A stretch of DNA of 47,960 nt. Origin: an uncultured Methanosarcinales archaeon. Lineage in GTDB: Archaea; Nanobdellota; Nanobdellia; Woesearchaeales; DATDXC01. The stretch is taken from assembly GCA_964510025.1 (NCBI GenBank), contig CAZDZV010000001.1, positions 229,399-277,358 of the forward strand, given 5' to 3'. Shown one piece after another: positions 28,487-39,030 of this stretch (its first letter is position 1; each line of letters starts with the position of its first letter). The translations under genes were made by a program, and so were the position numbers. The notes under the pieces are model-generated. The model did not search any database and was not told the origin of the DNA. It saw nothing but the letters and a program-made list of their open reading frames with translations.

Positions 28487-29203
28487 TTACCTTTTCTTCC
28501 TTCCTGTCCTTTTTGGTGAGAGCTTACCTACCTTCCTTCCAGGCGGCGAGTTCTTTGAAGCTTGAGTAGGCCTGCCTTTAATGGATGAACTGGATCCGCC
28601 AAACGGATGGTCGACCGCATTCTGGCTTGTTCCAGATACACTAGGCCAAAGCTTATTTTTTGCTTTCTTTGCAAAATATTTATTGCCTGCTTTGAGAAAT
28701 GGCTTTTCCAGCCTTCCTGAGCCTGCTATGGTCCCTATGCATGCCCTGCAATTCTCATTAAAATGCCTCTTCTTGCTGGATGGAAGCAACACAACAACAT
28801 CATTTTTTATCTTGGACTCGACTTTAGCAAATGTGCCGGAAGATCTGACAAATTTGCCGCCATCACCTGGCTGGGACTCGATATTGTAGACTAATGTCCC
28901 GGCAGGTATATTCTTCAGAGGCAAAATATTACCCACCTCTACATCTACAGAGGGACCTGAAGCTACTGTCTGCCCGACCCTTATCCCTTCCGGAGCCTGC
29001 AATAAAATCTCCTGACCGCCACCATAGCTGATTTTTGCCAATGGAGCACTATGGCCCCTGCAATGAATAAGATCCACTATCTTTCCCACATCATTTTCTT
29101 TCCTATAGCTGCCAAAGCTGACCTTGCCTTTATACTTAAAACTAGGCGACCTGTATCTAGGACCGCCTTTTCCTCTTGCCTGCTGAATTAGGTTTTTTCC
29201 CAT
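28487..29203 (-). CDS. rpl2: 50S ribosomal protein L2
   Basis: [40 protein letters not shown]. Confidence 0.97.
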   Translation of the reverse strand: MGKNLIQQARGKGGPRYRSPSFKYKGKVSFGSYRKENDVGKIVDLIHCRGHSAPLAKISYGGGQEILLQAPEGIRVGQTVASGPSVDVEVGNILPLKNIPAGTLVYNIESQPGDGGKFVRSSGTFAKVESKIKNDVVVLLPSSKKRHFNENCRACIGTIAGSGRLEKPFLKAGNKYFAKKAKNKLWPSVSGTSQNAVDHPFGGSSSSIKGRPTQASKNSPPGRKVGKLSPKRTGRKKR

Positions 29204-29213
29204 TATCTACACC

Positions 29214-29474
29214 TTACATCAATCCTAACTGGGTGGCAATATCGATAGCAGGGGTCTCATCAGAGAACTTCACATAAGCCCTTTTATCTCCCTTTGAGGA
29301 TATGAATGTGTTCACTTTCTTGACTTTTGTATTGAATATCTTCTCAACAGCTTCCTTTATCTCCTTTTTATTTGCGTTTCTGTCAACTACGAATATCAAT
29401 TTGTTTTCAGATTCCATAAGTCTTATCGACTTTTCTGTCGATAACGGATGCTTGATGACCTTTTCTAGTTCCAT
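29214..29474 (-). CDS. rpl23: 50S ribosomal protein L23
   Basis: PLSTEKS, NKLIFVVD, KVNT, KRAYVK. Start at ATG 29474. Confidence 0.95.
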   Translation of the reverse strand: MELEKVIKHPLSTEKSIRLMESENKLIFVVDRNANKKEIKEAVEKIFNTKVKKVNTFISSKGDKRAYVKFSDETPAIDIATQLGLM

Positions 29475-29475
29475 T

Positions 29476-30276
29476 TTATCTGAAATAATTATTTTTTTCG
29501 AGCATTTCAATTGCTTTTGAAGTCCATAACGTTAGCCTGCCAGGAACTGCTCCGGGAGCCAGGAGTTCCAGGTTTATCTTGTCCACCTGCACAATATCTA
29601 TTCCAGGAATATTGCCGGCTGCTTTCGATAGCTTGCTGTCTTTCGACACCACTATAAGCGGCCCTTTTTTCTTCCTGTATTTACGGCCTCTTGATTTGCC
29701 CTTGCCTGCCCTGACCTTTTTCTTCAGGGTCCTTTCCAGCTCGTTCTTCAGGCCAAGCTGCTCCAGAGCTACCTTAATCTCCCTCGTGCTTTCTAAAGAT
29801 TCTATCTTAGAGTCAACAATGAACGGATAATCATCTGGCAGTATATGGCCTCTTTTTTCAACCAGCTCCTTATTTACTGTGGCAGACATTGCGCTTCTTA
29901 TTGCTTTTAGCCTCTCTTTTCTGTTGATTTTCTTATAAAACAACCTACTTGATTTTGGTGCGTGTGCTTTTCTGCCACCGACAGTGCCAGGGGCAAATGC
30001 ACCAACCCAGGAAAATCTCCTTCCCATCCTGCTCAGTATCTTTCTTGGCACCCTTGATATTCCATATCCATAAGCTCCTCTGTAGTTCCTCCTCCTTCTC
30101 GATAATTTAGCGGAGGATCGTTTTCCTGCTTCAGGGTCTGCGCCATACGGCTGCCTTTTATGGCTCATCAAGGCCAAGAAGCCACGCTCAATAATATCCG
30201 GCCTAATATCTTCGTGAAACTGCCCAGGCAGCTCTCTCTTGCCAATATCTTTGCCGCTTATGTCTTTCAATTTCAT
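29476..30276 (-). CDS. rpl4: 50S ribosomal protein L4
   Basis: IRPDII, GISRVPR, GGRKAHAPK, RAGKGKSRGR, LAPGAVPGRLT. Confidence 0.96.
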   Translation of the reverse strand: MKLKDISGKDIGKRELPGQFHEDIRPDIIERGFLALMSHKRQPYGADPEAGKRSSAKLSRRRRNYRGAYGYGISRVPRKILSRMGRRFSWVGAFAPGTVGGRKAHAPKSSRLFYKKINRKERLKAIRSAMSATVNKELVEKRGHILPDDYPFIVDSKIESLESTREIKVALEQLGLKNELERTLKKKVRAGKGKSRGRKYRKKKGPLIVVSKDSKLSKAAGNIPGIDIVQVDKINLELLAPGAVPGRLTLWTSKAIEMLEKNNYFR

Positions 30277-31232
30277 TTTTGAATACTCTTTATGACTGGT
30301 GGTTCTGATGGTATGAGCCTGTTCTGCCTTGATCCGGCTGAAAATATAATCAGCCTCTTTTTAGGCCCCATCACAGATCCCTTTATCAAAACATAGGGAT
30401 TTTTCACTGGGCTATAGCATATGAAGCCGCCTTTGGGATTTATACTCTCTTTTTTATCCCCTATCTTTAAAATGAGCTTATTGTATTCAACCCTTTGGTT
30501 ATATCCTGTCTGACCTGCCTGGGCTACACGCCACATTACATGCCCCTGGCCGCACCATGGTCCCAGGCTTCCGGGCCTTCTTCTGCCTTTCTCAGATTTT
30601 TTCTGCTTCAAGGAAATGCCAAACCTTTTCACGGGTCCCTGGTATCCTTTTCCCTTTGTTACTGCATGTACATCTACCTGCTCACCAGCCTTAAAAACAT
30701 CATTTATGTCTATTTCCTTACCAAGATTTTCTTCGGCCCATTTCAGAGCTTCCTCTTTTTTTCCGCCGATAGATATTTCAAATAGCTCAGGCTTTTTCTT
30801 CCCGATGCCTGTCAGCTTCGGCTGGGTATATACACAGATCCTAAGCTCATCAAACTCTTTTACCTGATTTTTCTTATTTTTTTTAGGCAAGCAGATTTTT
30901 CTTTTCAGATCCGAATCAAGCTTATCTGAAAAGATTTCCGAAATAACTTTCAAGCCCTGTTGTGTTTTTTTGTAGAATCGGATAGAAGCAGATTTTAATG
31001 GGGGACATTCGAGTATAGTTGCCGGACAGACGATCTCCTGGCCTTTTGTATCAGACTTGGATCGGTTGTCAATAATTGCAAGATGCGTCATCCCTACCTT
31101 ATAGCCTGCGAAAACATTCAGTTTCGTCTTTTCATTCTTCAAAGCAGCCCTAAGTCTAGGATAGATCCGTCTGGCCCTTTTGCGAGGCCAATACTGCAAA
31201 CTTCCTTTTCTTGGTTTTCTTGTGCTTGGCAT
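30273..31232 (-). CDS. rpl3: 50S ribosomal protein L3
   Basis: PRKGSLQYWPRKRA, GYKVGMTH, TKGKGYQGPVKRFG, KGSVMGPKKR. Confidence 0.97.
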   Translation of the reverse strand: MPSTRKPRKGSLQYWPRKRARRIYPRLRAALKNEKTKLNVFAGYKVGMTHLAIIDNRSKSDTKGQEIVCPATILECPPLKSASIRFYKKTQQGLKVISEIFSDKLDSDLKRKICLPKKNKKNQVKEFDELRICVYTQPKLTGIGKKKPELFEISIGGKKEEALKWAEENLGKEIDINDVFKAGEQVDVHAVTKGKGYQGPVKRFGISLKQKKSEKGRRRPGSLGPWCGQGHVMWRVAQAGQTGYNQRVEYNKLILKIGDKKESINPKGGFICYSPVKNPYVLIKGSVMGPKKRLIIFSAGSRQNRLIPSEPPVIKSIQK

Positions 31233-31420
31233 TTTGTAATGCGACAGGTAGCTCTGACCTATGTAATTTATGAAAAAATAGCCTTTTACTAAAACCTTTT
31301 ATAGAAACCAGTATTGGACTGTACTGAAAAGGTTCCTTTTCAGGCTTTTCTTCTGCTCTAGTATTTATAAACTAAATACTATTTAATCTTTTTTTAGGAA
31401 TAGATGTCTATTTATAAAGA

Positions 31421-32734
31421 TTACTGTTTATTCCGCTGCGATCTGGACTTTATTATCGCATAATTGACCGGATTCTTTATCTTTCTGCACAAACCATCTG
31501 GAAAACATATCCGTAGATCCTTGTAATAAACCTGGTTCTGGCAGTTGGGTGGCAATATCTTCTCTTTTTTCTGCTTGTGGTAACGAAACTGGCCCTTGAG
31601 TATGGTCTCTCTTAGAGGCTCTGCATTTTTTTTATTCCATTTGTCCAACAATTCCTCAATCATATCATAGCTCCAGCCGCAGTTTGCAAGGAAATTAAGC
31701 AGGACAAAGGTGCTTCTTTTCTTCCCGTCATCGAGACCTGCAAGAATCTTCTTAATACACGGAGGGAAAAATTTTTCTGGTATTGCTGCCTCAAGCTTTA
31801 GGAATTGCTTAGTCTCTTTCTTGGTATCCTCTATCTTTATCTCAAAATCAAATGCCTGTACAAGAATCTGTTTTCCCTGATTCTCCTCCACTCCTTTTTT
31901 ATCCAAAAACCGGAACCTGGAGACTTCGACCTTTTCAGGCTGAGCTATTGCCTTGTGGAAAAGCAGCACTTTATCCGGATTTATAACAACAGAGACCAGC
32001 CCTGATTTCTCGTTGAATGAGTAGGGCATCCTGTAAAGGTGCCTGCTAGATATAAGGATAGTGTCGATATCAAGAAACGGCTCTGCATTCAGATACCTAT
32101 TTACCATCCCTATCTGATTTCTTTTGGCATAAACCACCTCTTTCATGGATTTCCCAGTTTTCTTAAGAATATTCGAGAAATTGCCTTTTTCCAGCTCCAT
32201 AATCTTTTCTCCCAAAGGCCTCTTAATCATCTCCTTGAGGTACAGGGCAATCCTTTTCGGAGCTTCAGGAAAAAGCCTAGCTGTGTCAGTACCGTTGACT
32301 GTTTTCGGAAATGCCTCAAAAGGGACGCCTATATGGAATCCTTTGTTTCCTGAAAATTTGCATGATATGGATTTAATTCCATGAAATTTCAAGGCTTTAA
32401 CAACCAGATCTGCAGCTATCTTGGAATATTCCAAAAAATGACAGTCGATATCAATGACAAGATCCCAGCCTGTCCGAAGTTCTTCGACGTCTTTTTTCCT
32501 CATATCTTGTCCAAGCTGCAGAGGATTCTTCCAAATCTCCTCTGAAGCATGAAAAGAGGTTGCTCCCTGTTTTGCAAGCTCAAGAATATCCCCGGGGTAT
32601 TTCAGAATGTCAGGTCTTTTCCCAAATCCCCTATCTCCGTATTTTATGGCAACCTCCCTATTGACTGCATTTTCAATCAACTCTTTCTGTATGTCTGCCC
32701 TTTTGTAATGCTTCAACAAGGCGCTTATGTTCAT
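31421..32734 (-). CDS. priSL: Fused DNA primase (PriS catalytic domain + PriL C-terminal Fe-S domain)
   Basis: WDLVIDID, SGNKGFHI and RHLYRMPYS (AEP motifs), followed by PPCI...PPNC...CFPDGLC..IKNP (PriL-CTD cysteines). Confidence 0.9.
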   Translation of the reverse strand: MNISALLKHYKRADIQKELIENAVNREVAIKYGDRGFGKRPDILKYPGDILELAKQGATSFHASEEIWKNPLQLGQDMRKKDVEELRTGWDLVIDIDCHFLEYSKIAADLVVKALKFHGIKSISCKFSGNKGFHIGVPFEAFPKTVNGTDTARLFPEAPKRIALYLKEMIKRPLGEKIMELEKGNFSNILKKTGKSMKEVVYAKRNQIGMVNRYLNAEPFLDIDTILISSRHLYRMPYSFNEKSGLVSVVINPDKVLLFHKAIAQPEKVEVSRFRFLDKKGVEENQGKQILVQAFDFEIKIEDTKKETKQFLKLEAAIPEKFFPPCIKKILAGLDDGKKRSTFVLLNFLANCGWSYDMIEELLDKWNKKNAEPLRETILKGQFRYHKQKKEKILPPNCQNQVYYKDLRICFPDGLCRKIKNPVNYAIIKSRSQRNKQ

Positions 32735-32772
32735 GCCGTCAAGTAATACAATAATGTTTATAAGGTTTTGTT

Positions 32773-33492
32773 TTAAACAAGATTTATCAAACCCACCAAC
32801 AGAATTATCAAGTAGGCAAGATGCTTGAAGAGGGGTACCGGCATCCTGTTAAGGAGCCTTTTACCAATAGCAGTGCCAACAAGAGGGATGAATATAAGTC
32901 CTACCACTAGGAACGGGGAATTTATGTAAAAGGCATTTATCTGCGAATAGCCAATCATCCGGACCAAACCTGAGATAAGGAGTACTGCCGAAGCAAGTGC
33001 TACGAGCTTCTGTTTGGTCTTTCCGTATTTCAAGAGCAATGCAGCAAGCAACGGTCCTGCAGCACCTATGCTCGCTTCTAGCACCCCAAAAATAAAAATG
33101 CCAATATTCAGACCCACCCTGTTTAATCTGGTTTTCAGGCTTATCTTAAACAGCTTATAGAGCGCATAAATAATCAAAAAAACAGAGAAAAGAGAGGACA
33201 GTATGCTTGTGTCAGCAATTTTGAAAAGCAACAGTCCTAGGACTATGCCTGGAACCAAAAACCAAACCATCTCAACCAATAATTCTCTGTCAATATTTCG
33301 CTTCAGCCCATAGATCAGAAAGATATACTGGACAAAAGCAAAGATTGCGCTGATTACAATGGCTTCCTTGATGCTTATGAAGAAATTCAGAACAGCTATC
33401 AGCATAACCTTGCAGCCAAAACCTATGAATGTATCCAAAATCGATATCAATAAGGCTGATACCAGAACAATAACAACTGCCAGGGCTTCCAT
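32773..33492 (-). CDS. TauE/SafE (TSUP) family membrane transporter
   Basis: About 8 TM helices in two repeats: TFIGFG and ASIGAAGP motifs, GTAIGKRL. Confidence 0.75.
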   Translation of the reverse strand: MEALAVVIVLVSALLISILDTFIGFGCKVMLIAVLNFFISIKEAIVISAIFAFVQYIFLIYGLKRNIDRELLVEMVWFLVPGIVLGLLLFKIADTSILSSLFSVFLIIYALYKLFKISLKTRLNRVGLNIGIFIFGVLEASIGAAGPLLAALLLKYGKTKQKLVALASAVLLISGLVRMIGYSQINAFYINSPFLVVGLIFIPLVGTAIGKRLLNRMPVPLFKHLAYLIILLVGLINLV

Positions 33493-33565
33493 CTAGTTAT
33501 ACCATAGGATATTTTTTATAAACTTTTCTCCAAAAGCTTAAAAAGCAGCCTGCCTTCCTAGGATT

Positions 33566-33946
33566 ATGAACTGCCCTTTTCTCGCAGTAGACACCATAAT
33601 CAGGTATAAGGCAGGTATTGTGCTTGTGAAGCGAAAATATGAGCCATTTGGATGGGCAATACCAGGGGGATTTGTTGAATACGGGGAAGATGTTGAGAAA
33701 GCTGCTTTCAGGGAAGCTTTTGAAGAGACAAATCTCAAGCTTAAGAACCTAAAGCAGTTTCATGTTTATTCTGATCCTAAGAGGGATCCAAGGCAGCATA
33801 CGGTATCTGTTGTATTTACAGCAGATGGTCAGGGAGAGCTAAAAGCAAAGGACGATGCAGCAGAAGCAGCCGTGTTCAGCAAGAAAGAGCTGCCAGAGCT
33901 TGCATTTGACCATAAAAAGATTCTAGATGATTATTTTGGCAAATAA
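33566..33946 (+). CDS. NUDIX hydrolase (ADP-ribose pyrophosphatase-like)
   Basis: Nudix box [33 protein letters not shown]. Confidence 0.92.
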   Translation: MNCPFLAVDTIIRYKAGIVLVKRKYEPFGWAIPGGFVEYGEDVEKAAFREAFEETNLKLKNLKQFHVYSDPKRDPRQHTVSVVFTADGQGELKAKDDAAEAAVFSKKELPELAFDHKKILDDYFGK

Positions 33947-34295
33947 GGAAGAACTTCAGGATTTTATCAGAAAACTTATACAAAGCAATAAGCTTGTAGT
34001 TGTCGAAGGAATAAAGGACAAGAATTCACTTAAAAGACTCGGGGTAACTAACTATATTGTGTTGATGAACAAGAAACCGATCTTCCAGACAATAGAAGAC
34101 ATTTCAAAAATAACAAAAGATGCCATCATTCTTACAGACTTTGATAAGAAAGGCAAGGAACTGTACGGCAGGCTCAAATCTGGTCTGCAGAGATTTGGGG
34201 TAAAGGTAGACCATTATTTTCGGGAATGGCTGCAGAGAAACACAAGACTTTCTCATATAGAAGGCATGGCAAAATATATTGAGTCTCAGTCCTAA
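33927..34295 (+). CDS. Small TOPRIM-domain protein (RNase M5 / primase-like)
   Basis: VVVEGIKD and [15 protein letters not shown] motifs. Confidence 0.85.
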   Translation: MIILANKEELQDFIRKLIQSNKLVVVEGIKDKNSLKRLGVTNYIVLMNKKPIFQTIEDISKITKDAIILTDFDKKGKELYGRLKSGLQRFGVKVDHYFREWLQRNTRLSHIEGMAKYIESQS

Positions 34296-34352
34296 ATTAT
34301 GGAATGAGACTTAAAAGATAACTTTTTAAATACAAATAGACTACAGGATAGT

Positions 34353-35210
34353 ATGGCGATTGAAAACCAAATCAGGACTGTCATTCTGCTTGGACTGCTC
34401 ACAGCCCTGCTTTTATGGGTGGGCCGACTGGTTGGAGGCCCCTCTGGACTGGCTGTAGCTATAGTTTTTGCTGTTTTCATGAACTTTGGCGCATACTGGT
34501 TTTCTGACAGGATCGTGCTAGCTATGTATAGGGCAAAAGAGGTGAGCGAAACCCAGGAACCAGAATTGCACAGAATGGTCAGAGAAGTGGCAAACCTAGC
34601 CAAAATGCCGATGCCAAAAGTATATCTTATAGATGCACCATACAGCAATGCCTTTGCCACCGGAAGGAATCCCAAAAAAGCGGCAATTGCCGTAACAACC
34701 GGAATAAAAGAGCTGCTCACAAAGGATGAGCTGAAAGGGGTAATAGCGCATGAGATGAGCCATATTAGGAATCGGGATACACTTATACAGGCAGTGGCAG
34801 CAACGATAGCAGGTGTAATCGGCTATGTGGCTTTGATGGCAAGATGGGCTGCAATATTTGGCTACGGCGGGAGAGACAGAAGAGGCGGTTCAGGACTTGA
34901 GCTGCTGGTGCTGGCAATATTGACGCCGCTGCTGGCTACGCTTATACAGCTTGCAATCTCAAGAGGCAGGGAATTTTTGGCAGATGAGTCAGGAGCAAAG
35001 ATCCTGCATAACGGGTTAGGACTGGCTTCAGCGCTTGAAAAACTCGAGCAGGGCAAGAACAATGTGGCTCTCAGGCCAACATCACAAACACAGACAACAG
35101 CACATCTGTTCATTGTCAATCCTTTCAGGGGCAAGGGATTTTTCCAGCTTTTCATGACACACCCCTCGATAAAGGAGAGGGTTAAAAGACTCAGAAGCAG
35201 AGCTTATTAA
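34353..35210 (+). CDS. htpX: Zinc metalloprotease HtpX (M48)
   Basis: NAFATGR, HEMSH, SRGREFLAD, THP...R. Confidence 0.95.
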   Translation: MAIENQIRTVILLGLLTALLLWVGRLVGGPSGLAVAIVFAVFMNFGAYWFSDRIVLAMYRAKEVSETQEPELHRMVREVANLAKMPMPKVYLIDAPYSNAFATGRNPKKAAIAVTTGIKELLTKDELKGVIAHEMSHIRNRDTLIQAVAATIAGVIGYVALMARWAAIFGYGGRDRRGGSGLELLVLAILTPLLATLIQLAISRGREFLADESGAKILHNGLGLASALEKLEQGKNNVALRPTSQTQTTAHLFIVNPFRGKGFFQLFMTHPSIKERVKRLRSRAY

Positions 35211-37420
35211 GGTATATATTTTTCTTCCAGCACTTTTCTTATCATCTCAGCCTTTTTCGGACCTATCTTTTCAACTTTTTCCAACCTCTCTTGTTTTGCA
35301 TTGACAATCTTTTTAATTGTCTTAAATTTTTTCAGGATAGGCTTGGCAAGCGTTGCTCCTATGCCTGGAAAGGAGGAAACTATGTACTCCTGCCATTCTT
35401 TTAAAGACATTGCCCTTTTTTCTGCGTGGGGTGTAAAGTCCTTTCCTGTTTCCTGCTGCTCCCTTTTTGCGATGATATGGAGCAAAGAAGCGGTGTCTTT
35501 TGAATTAAGAGTGTAGAGGATAGGTATACCATAGCTGACCGCGATAGTAGCAAGCATGCCCCGTATGCTGTTGGCATGCACATTTCTTGCGGAATATATA
35601 TTATCCTCCCCTTCAATGATCAGGAGAGGCCTTTGAAAATCCTGCTTAAGCGTCTTTATCTGCTGCAAAAGTCTTCCATCCACAATAGAATCCACAAAAT
35701 CCTGGACTGTTTTGAATTCTACACCGCATCTGGCGCTTAGGAGGTAGTCAGCATTCTCGATTTTCTCCAAGCTTATATCGGCCCCGATATCAACCAGCTC
35801 CTTTATGACCCCTGATGCTTTTTCCCGGAAATCTGCTATTATTTTAATGCTATCCTCCTGCCCCATATATTTATCGAGCTTGATGATATTGGTGGTAAGG
35901 CTGATCTTTTTCTTTATATTTTCAAGATTTCTGTACATCCTTTTTTCCTTATGGTGGGCGGACCATTTGTATCCTTCATCTCTTGTGTTTTTTGCCATCA
36001 GTATTATGACCCGCCCTTTTTCCTGTCTTCCGGTACGCCCTCTCCTCTGGATGTGCCTAATCGCTGAAGGTATGGGCTCATAAAATACCACCAAATCCAC
36101 CTTCGGGACGTCTATGCCCTCTTCACCTACAGATGTAGCCACCAATACGTTAAATTCGCTATCCCTGAAGCTGTCAAGGACTGCCTTCTGCTCTTTTTGT
36201 GTAAGACCAGTCTCCCCTTTTTTTGCCTGGCCAACAAACATCTCTGCCCTAATCCCTTTAATATTGTTCAGCTTATCTTTGATGTCCAGCGCATTGTCCC
36301 TGTATTGGTTAAAGACCATCATCTTTATATCATGGTTCCTGGATAATTCCTTTTCCACAATATGCTGCAACTCCACCAGCTTAGGGTGCTCCACATGTTC
36401 CTCGTACAGCTTTGCTGTTCTATAGAAGGCAGCCTTAAATTCAGGTGATTTGACTATATTCTTCACTGCCTTAACCTTTGTTGTGAGTGATTCATCGCTT
36501 AGTCTCTTTAGATATTTGTAAAGAGGGATTATTCCCTGGGTCTCAAGGAGCTCCAAAGCATGCTGCATCTTCATGATCTCTGCCAGGACAGAAATTGCAT
36601 TCCAAAGTACAAAGTCTCTACCAGCTTTAGCTGCCTGGCCTCTAAGCTCGCTCTGCAGCATCAGAAGATTCTTTTTGGAAACATATTTCAGATTGATGTC
36701 CTTCCTTCTGATCAGGCCCCATTGCTTAAGCTTCTTTATCCTTTCATCTATGAAGCCCCTAATGTCTTTCAGTATATCTGTGAAGAGGGGGGGCAGGTCA
36801 ACCTTAACCCAATCCAGTTCGATCTCTTTGATATAAGGAAGCACATCCGGGCTTTTGTCTGTCCTTATCTCAATATCCTCTATGAAAAGGTTATTGCAGA
36901 CTTCCTGGATCTTCTCCATGTCTGAGCCAGGAGATGCAGTCAAGGCAAGGATTCTAGGAAAAGGGGCTTTTTTCTGATATTCCTTAGCTACAAACACATA
37001 TGAATAATCACCTACTGCCCTATGGGCTTCATCTACCCCAAGAAGGCAAACATCCTGCAGCTTAATCCTTCCGGTTATTATATCATTTTCCAAGCCCTGA
37101 GGGGTGGAAAAGACTATCTTGACCCTATCCCAAAGTTCAGCCCTCTTTTCAGGCTTGACAAAGCCGGTGAAGACCGCCATCTGATCTTCGCCAATGTCAA
37201 AGTGCTTCTTAAAAACTTCTAAGTACTGGTCAATCAGTGGCCGGGTAGGCCCGATGAACAGAATTTTCGATTTGGGATAGAGCCTAAGCCTGTGTGCTGC
37301 AAGCATGAGAAATATATTGGTCTTTCCCATTCCAGTGGGCAAAACCACCAGGGTGTTCTTTTGGGTGGCTGTATTGAAGATGGTTTCTTGATATAATCTA
37401 GGCTGAAAATCTTTGATCAT
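35207..37420 (-). CDS. hef: Hef: SF2 helicase fused to an ERCC4/XPF nuclease with HhH motifs
   Basis: PTGMGKT, DEAH, TASPG, QRRGRTGR, then ADFRE, ADY...VEFK...D and PGIG/IGPK HhH. Confidence 0.93.
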   Translation of the reverse strand: MIKDFQPRLYQETIFNTATQKNTLVVLPTGMGKTNIFLMLAAHRLRLYPKSKILFIGPTRPLIDQYLEVFKKHFDIGEDQMAVFTGFVKPEKRAELWDRVKIVFSTPQGLENDIITGRIKLQDVCLLGVDEAHRAVGDYSYVFVAKEYQKKAPFPRILALTASPGSDMEKIQEVCNNLFIEDIEIRTDKSPDVLPYIKEIELDWVKVDLPPLFTDILKDIRGFIDERIKKLKQWGLIRRKDINLKYVSKKNLLMLQSELRGQAAKAGRDFVLWNAISVLAEIMKMQHALELLETQGIIPLYKYLKRLSDESLTTKVKAVKNIVKSPEFKAAFYRTAKLYEEHVEHPKLVELQHIVEKELSRNHDIKMMVFNQYRDNALDIKDKLNNIKGIRAEMFVGQAKKGETGLTQKEQKAVLDSFRDSEFNVLVATSVGEEGIDVPKVDLVVFYEPIPSAIRHIQRRGRTGRQEKGRVIILMAKNTRDEGYKWSAHHKEKRMYRNLENIKKKISLTTNIIKLDKYMGQEDSIKIIADFREKASGVIKELVDIGADISLEKIENADYLLSARCGVEFKTVQDFVDSIVDGRLLQQIKTLKQDFQRPLLIIEGEDNIYSARNVHANSIRGMLATIAVSYGIPILYTLNSKDTASLLHIIAKREQQETGKDFTPHAEKRAMSLKEWQEYIVSSFPGIGATLAKPILKKFKTIKKIVNAKQERLEKVEKIGPKKAEMIRKVLEEKYIP

Positions 37421-37458
37421 CGCTACAAAAAGAAGGGATGGATAGTTTATATAGTTAA

Positions 37459-38028
37459 CTAATAATCATGTCCTGGAGCTAAGATGTCATATTCTAGATT
37501 TCTGAGTCTTGCCAAGCTGGATTCCATCTCAGCAGGCACAGAATTTGGCAGATCATACCTGCCTATGCCGTTCTCAAACAGGCAATCTCCAGAAAAGAGT
37601 ATCTTTTTGTAAAGGACCGCAATACTTCCCGCAGTATGTCCAGGCACATCTATGATCCTAATATCCATCTTATTCAGGGAAGCCCTGATAGATTCTATCA
37701 TCTTCAACCTCTTTCTTAGCAGCATGATACTCTTTGGGCTAAGGTTGAAAGCTACCAGGGGATTTTTCCTGAAATCAAGAATCTCTTTCTCAGATGCATA
37801 TATCTCAGCGCCAGGAAACAAGTCAACATTACCTGCATGGTCATAATGAATATGGGTCAGTATGATTTTTTGTATTTTATCAATGTCAATTATTCTGCCC
37901 AACTGCTCTTTTACCTGTTGGCTGTAGGCTTTTGGACCAGTATCGATAATTATGTTCTCTTTCAGCTTAAGCAAATATATGTTTGAGTCAACATTTAGTT
38001 TCCAGACATTTTCTGCTAGTCTAAGCAT
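37459..38028 (-). CDS. MBL-fold metallo-hydrolase (glyoxalase II-like)
   Basis: THIHYDHAG, PGHT, SGD, PGH. Confidence 0.9.
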   Translation of the reverse strand: MLRLAENVWKLNVDSNIYLLKLKENIIIDTGPKAYSQQVKEQLGRIIDIDKIQKIILTHIHYDHAGNVDLFPGAEIYASEKEILDFRKNPLVAFNLSPKSIMLLRKRLKMIESIRASLNKMDIRIIDVPGHTAGSIAVLYKKILFSGDCLFENGIGRYDLPNSVPAEMESSLARLRNLEYDILAPGHDY

Positions 38029-38130
38029 TTTTTCAATATAAGAAACTAGGCAAGTTCTTATAAAGCTTTTGCATTATTCTTGTGATTTGCAAATCTTTAA
38101 ATACCCAAGTTTCTGAAATTTGGCGCCTAA

Positions 38131-39030
38131 GTGAGAACTATGGAGAAAGCAACAGAAATAAGAAGGTTTCTAAAAGAAATTAAGAAACCAGCGATTGCTA
38201 GGTGGATAGATGGCATTACCTTTCCCAATATCATGATTGTCTGGATCATCATAATAATCTTTTTTGGTATTGCTTACTTTTTCTTTGAAAATAATTCATC
38301 ATTCCTTCTTAACGTAATGGAGGGAACCAAGACAAGTAACTTGAGGGACGCAATATATTTCAGCTTTGTTGCTGCCACAACAACAGGCTTTGGGGACATT
38401 GTTCCCTTTGGGTATTTTAAGGTTATAGCTGTATTTGAAGTCGTTTTTGGACTTCTGCTGCTTGCTATTGTTACATCCAAGCTTATATCCATCAAGCAGG
38501 ACATCATATTGAGTGAACTTTACGAAATATCATCCAAGGAACGCATCAACAGAATAAGATCATCGCTACTGCTATTCAGGCAAGGAGTAGAGAAAATGAT
38601 CACCAAGATTGAAGGTAATTCTATCCAGAAGAGAGAAATTGCCAATTTATATTCACACATCTCTTCTTTGGAAGAGACACTTAGTGAGATACTAAACCTA
38701 ATTGCAAATACTAGGAAATCCCATTTCATAAGGAGGATGGACTCCATCAATGCGGAACTGGTTTTTAACAGCATAAACACATCTTTAGAGAAATTGCGAG
38801 AACTTCTGGACCTGCTGGAACAAAAAAAAGTTTACTGGAAAAGCGAAATAAACCTATTAGTACTGAAAAAATGTATTATGGTTAACGAAAATCTGTTTAA
38901 CCAGATAGCATCTTCAGGGATACTACCTATGGAGAAAGTCAAGGAGATTGTAGAGCAGAAAAATCAGACTTTAGAAAAGATAAATAAATCTCATGCACTG
39001 GCCGAAAAACTTAATACCTTACATCCCTGA
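38131..39030 (+). CDS. 2-TM potassium channel family protein with long helical C-terminus
   Basis: AIYFSFVAATTTGFGDIVP pore and selectivity filter between two TM helices. Start at GTG 38131 or ATG 38140. Confidence 0.85.
   Translation: MRTMEKATEIRRFLKEIKKPAIARWIDGITFPNIMIVWIIIIIFFGIAYFFFENNSSFLLNVMEGTKTSNLRDAIYFSFVAATTTGFGDIVPFGYFKVIAVFEVVFGLLLLAIVTSKLISIKQDIILSELYEISSKERINRIRSSLLLFRQGVEKMITKIEGNSIQKREIANLYSHISSLEETLSEILNLIANTRKSHFIRRMDSINAELVFNSINTSLEKLRELLDLLEQKKVYWKSEINLLVLKKCIMVNENLFNQIASSGILPMEKVKEIVEQKNQTLEKINKSHALAEKLNTLHP

Noticed and set aside
33566..38028. NUDIX/TOPRIM/helicase-nuclease/MBL cluster as a defence system
   Set aside because: Each is a common archaeal housekeeping family (Hef, small TOPRIM, HtpX), and orientations are mixed with separate promoters.
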